A stretch of 55,156 nt of DNA from Planctomycetota bacterium (GCA_020057085.1 JAGVGO010000204.1:1-55156), one strand, 5' to 3'. Counted from the stretch's first letter, positions 8,038 to 15,764 are shown. The notes: generated from the letters alone by a model not told the origin. Numbers and translations are program-made.

Positions 8038-9486
8038 TTATTTGCTTCCGCGGTTGTTGATAAACGTTTTGCGGTCATAGTCATATTTGCGATGGCAGCC
8101 AGGCAAACAACCGCCACCTGTCTCGGTCTTGACAAATTTCAGAGGCAAGTTCCAGTTCGCCTTGCCGAAGGGCACCGAGTAACGGATATGTTTAGGCAAG
8201 TGGCTGGCATGCACTTCATGGCAAGAACGGCAAGTGCGGCCCTTCTTTTGGTGGACGTGAATGTAATGCAGATTTTGGTCACCGTTGCGGAAGTTGGTAA
8301 GTTGCGTGGTCGTGGCGGAAAGTACGACTTGCGAGTTATGGCAACTGAAACACAGTCCGTAGAGCTTTTCTTCAAAAGGGGCATAGAAAGCTTCGGGATA
8401 GGGCTTGCGCAACAGGCGGAAATATTCGGAACCGTGAGCGTTATGGCATGGTGCGCACAGGCTTTCGCGGATCGGGCCATGTTTCTCTTTGGCATCTTTC
8501 AAGCTGGCGGCAACATCAGCGATCGGTTTATTGTTTTCGCTCGATTTGAGTGGCTTGTTGTGGCAGGAGAGGCACAAGTCACTTTCCGGTTTGAGCAAAA
8601 GCGAATTGAGTGTCGAACTGTGCGGATCGTGACAGCCGCGACAAGCCTGGCCTTGCAGTACCGGGTCGTGCTTGAATTTTGCTTCTTGTACGGCTTTTTG
8701 TATTTTATCGTGGCATCCCAGACACAACGCCTTGGTATCCTGTCGCAATTGGAAGCGGAAAGCACTGGTGTGCGGATTGTGGCAACCGCTGCAGCCGAGC
8801 TTGTTGATGGCTGTGTGGACGGTAGATTCCTTCATTTTCTCGGCAAAATCTTCATGGCAACTCATGCACAACTCTTTATCCGGCGCGGTCAGCAGATGGT
8901 TCTCGGCGGAGCTATGTGGCGCATGGCAGCCAAGACAGGCGCCGGTTCCATAAGGGCCGTGGCTGTACTCCTGTGTCTTGATGGGATGGCATGAGGAGCA
9001 AATTTCACTAGGATCTTTAAGCAAAAGTCCCTTGAAACCTGAGCCGTGCGGCGAGTGGCAACCGGTGCAATTTTTGTCCGTGACCGGTTTGTGCGTGTGG
9101 GCACCTGGTTTAAGGTCATGGCACTCGGCACAAATCTCGCCTTTGGGCTTCACCAGCATGTTCTGGTTCGGCGATGCGTGCGGGTTATGGCAGGTAGTAC
9201 AACTGGCCGTTGACACCGGGCCATGGACGAAATTATTCTTGCTGTAATTGTCATGACACTGATAGCACAGTTTCTCCGGCGCTTCTACGAGTTTCTTGTG
9301 CTCTTTGCTATGACAGGAATCGCAGGCCATTTTCTCGAACGGCGAATGTTTGTTCGCCATTTTTTTATACGCATCCAGGTTTTTTTGATGGCATTTGCTA
9401 TTGCTGCAATCGCTCATCTCTCCTTCCTTGGCCAAGACCGGCCAGGCAAAAATGACCAGCAAAAACAAAGTTAAGGACGTTTTCAT
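8038..9486 (-). CDS. Periplasmic multiheme cytochrome c (15 CXXCH plus CX4CH and CX3CH candidates), paired-CXXCH / c3-c7-like
   Basis: 482-aa ORF. AGGAG precedes the ATG at 9486. Signal peptide ...AWPVLAKE. The unit C..CH.PH(S/G)S recurs (CTTCHNPHAS, CTGCHSPHGS, CLGCHAPHSS, CSGCHNPHTS, CRGCHDPHSS, CAPCHNAHGS). Confidence 0.9.
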   Translation of the reverse strand: MKTSLTLFLLVIFAWPVLAKEGEMSDCSNSKCHQKNLDAYKKMANKHSPFEKMACDSCHSKEHKKLVEAPEKLCYQCHDNYSKNNFVHGPVSTASCTTCHNPHASPNQNMLVKPKGEICAECHDLKPGAHTHKPVTDKNCTGCHSPHGSGFKGLLLKDPSEICSSCHPIKTQEYSHGPYGTGACLGCHAPHSSAENHLLTAPDKELCMSCHEDFAEKMKESTVHTAINKLGCSGCHNPHTSAFRFQLRQDTKALCLGCHDKIQKAVQEAKFKHDPVLQGQACRGCHDPHSSTLNSLLLKPESDLCLSCHNKPLKSSENNKPIADVAASLKDAKEKHGPIRESLCAPCHNAHGSEYFRLLRKPYPEAFYAPFEEKLYGLCFSCHNSQVVLSATTTQLTNFRNGDQNLHYIHVHQKKGRTCRSCHEVHASHLPKHIRYSVPFGKANWNLPLKFVKTETGGGCLPGCHRKYDYDRKTFINNRGSK

Positions 9487-9515
9487 AATCTACTCCTAAA
9501 AAAAGTAAACACAAA

Positions 9516-12290
9516 TCAAGGTTGTTCCAAAGTGGCAGTTTTCAGCGCATCGTCAATTGCTTTGTATTTGGAGGAATTTTTTGGCATCTGTTGTTGCAAC
9601 AAACGTAGTGAGTCCGCCGTTTCTCGGCGCACGCGCGGATCTGTATCCTGCAACATGGTTATCAATTGCTGATATTCGGCAAAGGCCGACATGATGCCTA
9701 GTCCTCTCACGGCAGCCTTGCGCACCAAAGGACTGGAATCTTTGAGTGCTGTGAGCAAATCATCTATGACACTGCGCTCTCGCGTATTGACCATAGAGAT
9801 GAGCGTATTGGCACGGATTTCCGGATCTTTCTCGCTGAACAGGAGCTTTCGCAGATTCTGGAGCGATTCTGTAGAGACTGTCTTTGGCGGCTCTTGCGTA
9901 CGTGAACGCCACAGCGTCTCTCGCCACATTACCCCCGCGCCGCCCAGGGTTAACAGCAGAAGTGTCAGTATCAACCATCGTTTGCCATGCATCGTTTTTC
10001 TGGCCTGATTGCCGGAAGGAAGCGGCGCAGGTGCTTTCATCTTGTCGGAAGAAAGCGGGGCGGGTGCTTTTGCAGGTGTTTTCATCTTGTCAGAAGAGCG
10101 CGGGGCGGGTGCTTTTGCAGGTGTTTTCATATCTACCTTGCATGGCTCTTGAGCAACGGGCTGTTTTTCCTGCGACAAGATTTCTTTGTCTTTGCTACTG
10201 ACTGTCGGCAGCGATGCCGTTTTTTTACCTTTTTTTATCAGTTCGTATTTGATGTTTTCCAGTGCCTCGATAACGTCCTCTGGTTTTTGGCAGCGTTCTT
10301 CTGGTTTTTTAGCAAGAAAACGCATGGTGAGATCGTTCAAGGAGGCTGAAATACTGGAATTTTTCTTGCGCGGCGGTGTTATTTTAGCGGACGTGTATTC
10401 CTGCAGCACGGTGATCTCTTTGTTCTGGAACGGTAGATCGCCGGTCAATATCACATACATAGTCATGCCAAGAGAGTAGACATCGGCACGGAAATCCACC
10501 GACTTTGGATCGGCAAACAGCTCTGGTGCCATATAAGCGGGTGTACCCAGCAAAATACCAGTATTGGTGAGTGTATCCAGGTTGCCAATTTCTTTCTGTG
10601 CGCCGACCCGGCGTGCCAGACCCAGATCGCAAATTTTTATGCCCTGCCCGACCAGCATGATATTACTTGGTTTGAGGTCGCGGTACAGCATATTTTGTTG
10701 CCACATGTAGCAGAGAGCAGATGCCAATTTGAGCAGAATGGTAACCGCTTCTTTTTCGACAAACGGACCATGAGCGGCGATATACGTATCGAGCGGTTCG
10801 CCTTTGATGAGTTCCATGATAAAGTAGTAAAGCCCGTAAGCATTGCCGAAATCTATCGCCTTGACGATGTTGGGATGGTCCAGTTTGGTCGCAATATCGG
10901 CTTCACGCATGAAACGCATCACGGATGTGGAGTCACCCAGTTCAGGGGCAAATACTTTGAGCGCCACATCCCTCTTGAGCGATAGTTGCAGCGCACGGTA
11001 GACCACGCCGAGACCGCCTTCCCCTATCTTCTCCTGCACTTCATAGCCAGGAAACAAATTTTTGCCGTCCTCGTTTTGCAGTTTTAGCAGGCGGTCCATG
11101 GTGGCGACGTCCAGTGCTTGGCCTTCCAACAGCAGATTATAGAGAGAGAGTTCTTTGCCCTGGACACGCTGCTCGATCTGTTGTTGCAGGCAGTTGTTGA
11201 GTTGCTCCAAAGAAACCAGAGAGAAAGACAACAAGAGTCGCTGCAGGATAGCATCTTCATGGCGCGAAATATTTTTGCTGCTAGCGATGGTTTTGGCTTT
11301 GCCGCCGGACAATTCGTCCGGCCAGGTATCGCCGGCCATGTTTGCCAGTTGGGCGACCTGCTCCAGCGCTTTTTGCAGCGAGATAGATTCTTCGCTATTA
11401 TAGCGTGCAGAAAATTCCTGGCGGACAAACTGCTGCAACGTGCCAGCCCCCTTCTCTTGCCACCAAGCCAGAGCTTTTTCCATCATTTCTTTGCCCAAAT
11501 GTCCCTCCATGAAGGCTATCTTAAAAAACAACAAATCGTTGCTTGTGCCGAGCTTTGCTTTTAGCCAACGGTATTCGTCCAGTTTCTGAAAGCCGGTCAT
11601 AAGTAAAGAAATACTGTTTAGATTTATTTCCCGAGGCGGCAGCTCGATATCTTCTTCAAAACGGAAGTTTCCTTTTTCCCAATCCAGGATCAGATAGAAA
11701 GCCAGACTTCCGTGGTAAGGGCCTGCTTTGGCCGCTATTATTTCTCCATTTTGCCAATAGATATTGCCTTGCAGACCCGATGTACTGTGCAGAGATAAGC
11801 AGCCTGTTTTGTGTGTCTGCTCTATCGGCGACAACAGTTCCGCAAGGGACATAGCCGCCAGTTCCCCCCGCAGTGAAATTTTTCTGGTGGTCGTGCTTGT
11901 TTGACGGTTGCTGCGCTGCACTGCATTTGCGTAAATATCGTTGAGCGAAGTCAGAAAATTTGCCGAGTCGTCGCCGTAGGCGACATAGCCGTCAATACCG
12001 AGTAGTTTACTGCCAGTTATGCTTTGTGACTCTTCCGCACTGCCGGTCAGTAAGAAAGGAATATCTTTGAATACGGGTTGTTCTTTGATTTTCAGGCAAA
12101 AATCAACCCCTTTTTGTTCGAATGCCTTGATGGTCATCAGCATGATGTGCGGCGACAAGGCAGCAATTTCTGTCAGAATGTCCTCGTTTTCCACATCAAG
12201 AGACAACAACATCGCCAGTTCTTGATTCTCTAACTGAATTGGACGGTTATTCTCTTTATGGAAAAGGAGTACAATTTTCAGTCTGTCCAT
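9516..12290 (-). CDS. Membrane Ser/Thr protein kinase with receiver-like N-terminus, DUF4388-like domain and C-terminal HEAT-like repeats
   Basis: 924 aa. AAGGA precedes the ATG at 12290. DUF4388-like segment (LAELLSPIEQTHKTGCLSL...GNIYWQNGEIIAAKAG...WEKGNFRFEE). Hanks kinase motifs GEGGLGVVYRA, VALKVF, YRDLKPSNIML, DLGLAR and GTPAYMAPE. TM helix WLILTLLLLTLGGAGVMW. HEAT-like DPEIRANT.., SSPLVRKAAVRGLG, DPRVRRETADSL. Confidence 0.85.
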   Translation of the reverse strand: MDRLKIVLLFHKENNRPIQLENQELAMLLSLDVENEDILTEIAALSPHIMLMTIKAFEQKGVDFCLKIKEQPVFKDIPFLLTGSAEESQSITGSKLLGIDGYVAYGDDSANFLTSLNDIYANAVQRSNRQTSTTTRKISLRGELAAMSLAELLSPIEQTHKTGCLSLHSTSGLQGNIYWQNGEIIAAKAGPYHGSLAFYLILDWEKGNFRFEEDIELPPREINLNSISLLMTGFQKLDEYRWLKAKLGTSNDLLFFKIAFMEGHLGKEMMEKALAWWQEKGAGTLQQFVRQEFSARYNSEESISLQKALEQVAQLANMAGDTWPDELSGGKAKTIASSKNISRHEDAILQRLLLSFSLVSLEQLNNCLQQQIEQRVQGKELSLYNLLLEGQALDVATMDRLLKLQNEDGKNLFPGYEVQEKIGEGGLGVVYRALQLSLKRDVALKVFAPELGDSTSVMRFMREADIATKLDHPNIVKAIDFGNAYGLYYFIMELIKGEPLDTYIAAHGPFVEKEAVTILLKLASALCYMWQQNMLYRDLKPSNIMLVGQGIKICDLGLARRVGAQKEIGNLDTLTNTGILLGTPAYMAPELFADPKSVDFRADVYSLGMTMYVILTGDLPFQNKEITVLQEYTSAKITPPRKKNSSISASLNDLTMRFLAKKPEERCQKPEDVIEALENIKYELIKKGKKTASLPTVSSKDKEILSQEKQPVAQEPCKVDMKTPAKAPAPRSSDKMKTPAKAPAPLSSDKMKAPAPLPSGNQARKTMHGKRWLILTLLLLTLGGAGVMWRETLWRSRTQEPPKTVSTESLQNLRKLLFSEKDPEIRANTLISMVNTRERSVIDDLLTALKDSSPLVRKAAVRGLGIMSAFAEYQQLITMLQDTDPRVRRETADSLRLLQQQMPKNSSKYKAIDDALKTATLEQP
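10024..10130 (-). repeat. 45-nt in-frame tandem repeat in the kinase linker (encodes MKTPAKAPAP(R/L)SSDK)
   Basis: The identical 29-mer GGGGCGGGTGCTTTTGCAGGTGTTTTCAT occurs at 10057-10085 and 10102-10130. A degenerate third copy lies at 10024-10056. Confidence 0.85.
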
Positions 12291-12514
12291 AATTTATCCT
12301 TTTGGCCAAAATTTGATCTATAGATATGCAAATCATGTACCAAAAAAAAATATTTTTTGAACCTTGATTTTCTTTTTCCTTCCGTATAGGCGGCGGTATT
12401 GTCAAACAAATTCAACACGCACGGGTGTATTGTATACGAGGCTCCTTTGGCAAGCAAACAATATTTTTTTTTACCCTTGCACTCCTTTGTTTTCATGGTA
12501 AAATTTTACAGAAA

Positions 12515-12556
12515 ATCAAGAAACATGGAACTGCTATCAAGAAACATGGCTTTGCT
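12515..12556 (+). repeat. Two tandem 21-nt direct repeats abutting the ATG of a small ORF
   Basis: ATCAAGAAACATGGAACTGCT (12515-12535) and ATCAAGAAACATGGCTTTGCT (12536-12556), followed directly by ATG at 12557. Confidence 0.8.
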
Positions 12557-12664
12557 ATGAAAAAGGATAACCCGATGTGGGATTTACTTATTGTCATCGG
12601 TTTTTTGGTATTGTGGGTGGTACTCAACCGTTTTGTACTTCCCAGATTCGGGATCAACACGTGA
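12557..12664 (+). CDS. Small single-TM membrane protein ORF ending at TGA, with possible Sec read-through to TAG at 12719-12721
   Basis: MKKDNPMWDLLIVIGFLVLWVVLNRFVLPRFGINT-TGA. An alternative start is the ATG at 12575, preceded by AAGGA. Read-through would add MSPQCEAVRQERPEDVHK. Coding status is not proven. Confidence 0.3.
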   Translation: MKKDNPMWDLLIVIGFLVLWVVLNRFVLPRFGINT

Positions 12665-12668
12665 ATGT

Positions 12669-12685
12669 CGCCTCAGTGTGAGGCG
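12669..12685 (+). other. Stem-loop 4 nt downstream of the TGA at 12662-12664 (SECIS candidate or RNA stabiliser)
   Basis: CGCCTCA-GTG-TGAGGCG forms a 7-bp stem, extendable by two G-U pairs. No T-tract follows. Confidence 0.5.
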
Positions 12686-12746
12686 GTACGCCAAGAACGT
12701 CCGGAGGATGTTCATAAATAGCCAACAACTTTAGAAGGAGTCAGCT

Positions 12747-13364
12747 ATGCGCTTTGTGGTGTTGTTTTTATTATCACTGTTAGCTCTGCCGTTGCGCGCG
12801 CTGACCGTTGCTGAAATTGTGCGCCTGCATGAAGCGCGCGTGGCCGAAGAAGTGATCGTCAAGTGGATCGAAGCCAACGACAGCGAAGTGACGCTCACTG
12901 TGGCCGACATTATCGAGCTGCAAAACAAAGGTATCGGTGCAAAAGTAATCCTGGCTTTGCTGCAGAAAGTCACAACAAAAACAAACGAGTCCAAAGCCAA
13001 CGAGTCCAAAATTGCGGCCAAGCACAAGAAGAAAGAGAAACCGCGGGAATTATCATCTTTTGACCGATTCTTCCTGTCAACGTATTACAGCCATGAGTAT
13101 GGCTGGCCGGAGCCCAATTATAAAAACCCTCAGGAACTCTTGGAAGCCGGCCTCTATTATCAACCGCCTGTCCATTATCCACATGCTTCGCGGGTAAGAG
13201 TCTACGGCTGGGGATATAGCTACCGTCCGCATCACTACTGGCCTTACACCGTTTCGCCTTTTTCTATCCTGGTGCCACGCGAATATGTGGAGAAAAGATC
13301 TCCTCTTGGCCTAGATACTGAATCTAATCAGGATGAGCAAGAGGAAGAAGAGAACAAGAATTAA
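12747..13364 (+). CDS. Secreted hypothetical protein (helical N-domain, Tyr/Trp/Pro-rich middle, acidic tail)
   Basis: 205 aa. GAAGGAG lies 6 nt upstream of the ATG. Signal peptide MRFVVLFLLSLLALPLRA. Confidence 0.6.
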   Translation: MRFVVLFLLSLLALPLRALTVAEIVRLHEARVAEEVIVKWIEANDSEVTLTVADIIELQNKGIGAKVILALLQKVTTKTNESKANESKIAAKHKKKEKPRELSSFDRFFLSTYYSHEYGWPEPNYKNPQELLEAGLYYQPPVHYPHASRVRVYGWGYSYRPHHYWPYTVSPFSILVPREYVEKRSPLGLDTESNQDEQEEEENKN

Positions 13365-13373
13365 GGAAAATGA

Positions 13374-13937
13374 ATGATCACGAGTAACGATTTGCGCAAT
13401 GGTATGCACATTGTCTTTGAAGGCGAAGTGTACACCGTTGTCGAGTTTGAACATGTAAAATCGGCCAACCGCCGTGCCATCGTCCGTGTCAGACTCAAAA
13501 ACATGAACACAGGAACAATTGTCGAGCATAAATACCAAGGCAAAGAAGCAGTGGAGCAAGCGACACTGGACAAGCGAGAATTGCACTATCTATACCGCGA
13601 TAAAAATTTGTACTATTTCATGGACAACGATACTTCGGAACAGATGTCGGTGGATGTGGAAAAGATCAAACACCTCTTGGACTATTTGAAAGAGGATGGC
13701 ATAGTCAATTTCACTTTCTACGAAGGCGAAGCAGTTGATATCGGTTTGCCCGATTTTATCGAGCTCAAGGTGACGCATGCTTTGCCTGGTGTCAAGGGAG
13801 ACACGGTACAAGGTGGTTCCAAACCTGTGACTTTGGAAACCGGCAAGGAGCTACAGGTGCCTTTGTTCATCAATGAAGGCGATGTGGTGAGAATAGATAC
13901 CCGTATCAATCGCTATATCGAAAGAGTGCAAAAGTAA
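13374..13937 (+). CDS. efp: Translation elongation factor P
   Basis: 187 aa. It is collinear with bacterial EF-P (SNDLRNG..., ...LPGVKGDTVQGGSKPVTLETG..VPLFINEGD.V.IDTR...Y..R). AAGGA RBS. Confidence 0.95.
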   Translation: MITSNDLRNGMHIVFEGEVYTVVEFEHVKSANRRAIVRVRLKNMNTGTIVEHKYQGKEAVEQATLDKRELHYLYRDKNLYYFMDNDTSEQMSVDVEKIKHLLDYLKEDGIVNFTFYEGEAVDIGLPDFIELKVTHALPGVKGDTVQGGSKPVTLETGKELQVPLFINEGDVVRIDTRINRYIERVQK

Positions 13938-13941
13938 TGGC

Positions 13942-13982
13942 GTCAGAGGTTACCCTACCTTTTGTGCAGGGTAGCCTCTGAC
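13942..13982 (+). terminator. 15-bp hairpin immediately after the efp stop codon
   Basis: GTCAGAGGTTACCCT-(11 nt)-AGGGTAGCCTCTGAC with one G-U pair. The T-run only appears about 20 nt later, so the intrinsic-terminator call is tentative. Confidence 0.5.
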
Positions 13983-14014
13983 AGATGAAATGTCCGCTTA
14001 TCACTCTTTTTTCT

Positions 14015-14043
14015 TTGACACGCTTCTTGCCACAGGCTATAAT
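14015..14043 (+). promoter_or_regulatory. Consensus sigma70-type promoter
   Basis: TTGACA (14015-14020), a 17-nt spacer, then TATAAT (14038-14043). It sits about 140 nt upstream of the 14181 ATG. Confidence 0.6.
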
Positions 14044-14058
14044 GACTGAGTAGCTCAG

Positions 14059-14089
14059 ACTGTTATTGATTTACACTGTTATTGATTTA
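14059..14089 (+). repeat. Two 15-nt direct repeats (period 16) in the leader downstream of the promoter
   Basis: ACTGTTATTGATTTA at 14059-14073 and at 14075-14089. Confidence 0.8.
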
Positions 14090-14180
14090 GTTTGTGTAGT
14101 ATACTCAGTGAAGAAACGATCCGATAACGTACAAAATTGGTGAACTTGGCACTATCAAGCCAAATTTAAAGGAGTCATCC

Positions 14181-14588
14181 ATGTCAGGCAAAAATTTTGC
14201 AATTATGATGTTCATCTTGGGGATCGCAGTCGGTATCATTGCCTGGAATATCGTCATGTTAGCTCTCCCTGCGCAGGCTTATGCGGATGCAACGAGTGGC
14301 ACTAGCGATGGCATTATTGCGGTCAGTGGATTGGTGACGAATGGTATATCCGGACTGTGGGTGCTGGACGCCAGGGATACTAAATCTTCTCCGTCTCTTT
14401 GCCTCTACGTTCCGGAAAGCAGCGGCAGAACTTTCAAGCTGGCCTCTGTAAGAAGAATCAAGTACGATCTCCAGCTTGTCTCTTATAACGATACCACTGA
14501 TAAAAAAATGAGTCCGAGCAGCCTGAAAGACCAAATTGAAAAGTTGAACCAGGAGGCCGAAAAAAACAGTGGAAATAAACCCAAATAA
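14181..14588 (+). CDS. Membrane-anchored hypothetical protein
   Basis: 135 aa. AAAGGAG RBS. N-terminal TM or signal-anchor FAIMMFILGIAVGIIAWNIVMLALPAQA. Confidence 0.6.
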   Translation: MSGKNFAIMMFILGIAVGIIAWNIVMLALPAQAYADATSGTSDGIIAVSGLVTNGISGLWVLDARDTKSSPSLCLYVPESSGRTFKLASVRRIKYDLQLVSYNDTTDKKMSPSSLKDQIEKLNQEAEKNSGNKPK

Positions 14589-14627
14589 CGCGCCAACAGA
14601 TCGGCAAAAGCTTGAAGGAGCGATGCG

Positions 14628-15668
14628 ATGGGACAAATTGAGTATTATTCCTTTGAAAGAGTCTTGAAAGAGTTACAAATCGAAGAAGAAGAACTCAAGA
14701 GGCTGGTTTCCGAGGGCGAAATCCGTGCATTTCGCGATGAAGACAAAATGAAATTCAAAAGATCCGACATCGAAGGTCTCAAGAAAGGAAGAATGACCGA
14801 ACCTACCATCATTCTGCCATCCGGCGAAAGCGATGAATCATCTGAAGACAGCGAAGTCTTGCTGGTTGAGGAAGACACTTCGGAAACACTTTTGGATATT
14901 GACGATGTGGCAGAGTCCAGCTCTACTTCTGTACCGACGGTAGATTTTTCTTCTTCGGAACAGGAAAGCGAAGATGCTGCGGGTACAAGCAGTGGCAAAG
15001 AGACAAAAAAAGAGTTGAGCGATTCCTCTGCCAGTGATGCTCTGTCAACCAGCGATGCATCATCTTCCGGTACTATTCCCAACGAGCTCACATTTGAAGA
15101 AGACAGCGGCTCCTATGTACTGGAATCTTCTGATGACGTTCTTATTGATTCTTCGCAAGAGCTCGTGCCTGTAGATGAAGGCACTTCATCGGGCGAATCC
15201 ACTTTTATAGATTCGGATACCGGTTTACAAACAGAACCGCTGGAAGATATCGGCACCGATGAAGAACTGCGCAAAGCCAGTAAAGCCAGTAAAGCCAGTA
15301 AACCTAGCCGGCCAAGCAAAGCGGCACCGGTAGAAGCAGAAAGCGAACCGGCGGAAGGCGATGTTACGGCACCAGTGGAAAGACACAGTACCCGTACTCA
15401 AGCTGTGGTGCCTATGACCATCGAAGAGCCGGTAAGTAGTGGTACGATGTTTTGCCTGGTGGCGACAGCGGTACTCTTGCTATTTGGCGGCCTTGTTGTA
15501 ATCAATACCGTCAAGGAAATAGATACACCTTTAACTGGCTGGCTTACCGATTTAACTACCCGTATTGTCCAACCCAAGGACGTCAACAAGTCGCTGGATA
15601 AGCATTTGCAGTGGAGAGCCAACAGACGTGATAATCCGGAGAAAAATTATCCCAATCGTGAAGATTGA
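14628..15668 (+). CDS. Helix-turn-helix (excisionase/MerR-like) protein with long acidic Ser/Asp/Glu-rich region and C-terminal TM helix
   Basis: 346 aa. GAAGGAG RBS. N-terminus YSFERVLKELQIEEEELKRLVSEGEIRAFRDEDKMKFKRSDIE. TM helix MFCLVATAVLLLFGGLVVI near the C-terminus. Confidence 0.65.
   Translation: MGQIEYYSFERVLKELQIEEEELKRLVSEGEIRAFRDEDKMKFKRSDIEGLKKGRMTEPTIILPSGESDESSEDSEVLLVEEDTSETLLDIDDVAESSSTSVPTVDFSSSEQESEDAAGTSSGKETKKELSDSSASDALSTSDASSSGTIPNELTFEEDSGSYVLESSDDVLIDSSQELVPVDEGTSSGESTFIDSDTGLQTEPLEDIGTDEELRKASKASKASKPSRPSKAAPVEAESEPAEGDVTAPVERHSTRTQAVVPMTIEEPVSSGTMFCLVATAVLLLFGGLVVINTVKEIDTPLTGWLTDLTTRIVQPKDVNKSLDKHLQWRANRRDNPEKNYPNRED
15273..15299 (+). repeat. 9-nt microsatellite (AAAGCCAGT x3) inside the 14628 gene
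   Basis: Three perfect tandem copies encode KAS-KAS-KAS, followed by the diverged AAACCTAGC. Confidence 0.85.
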
Positions 15669-15764
15669 CAAATAACCAGGCCAATAGCAGGACGGGGAAG
15701 TCGAGCATTTTTCTACAGCGACGAGGCTGGGCTTCCTCTATAACTTTTTTAAAGAGTGGCGGAT

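Noticed and set aside
7984-8994. Long ORFs antisense to well-supported genes: 7984-8994 (+), 4009-4761 (+), 5826-6539 (+), 27972-28913 (+), 36614-37657 (+), 48148-49029 (+), 49721-50770 (+), 52938-53636 (-), 53711-54442 (-), 22885-23490 (-) and 24708-25367 (-).
   Set aside because: Each lies entirely inside a gene on the other strand that has clear family motifs. Their translations are low-complexity or Arg/Gly/His-rich mirror images with no recognisable motif and no RBS.
12425-12556. A GTG-initiated 79-aa version of the small ORF that would include the 21-nt repeats as IKKHG(T/F)A.
   Set aside because: There is no RBS. The extension runs through a promoter-like AT-rich intergenic region, and the hydrophobic core begins only after ATG 12557 or 12575.
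14048-14060. A tRNA-like string GAGTAGCTCAGAC, which resembles the start of a D-arm.
   Set aside because: There is no matching acceptor stem, anticodon arm or GTTC T-loop downstream. It lies in the leader of the 14181 gene.
14147-14161. A sigma-54-like TGGCAC element upstream of the 14181 gene, considered because an NtrC-type activator is encoded nearby.
   Set aside because: The GG-to-GC spacing is 9 nt rather than 10, and the -12 element is AGCC rather than TTGC. A perfect sigma70 promoter already lies upstream.
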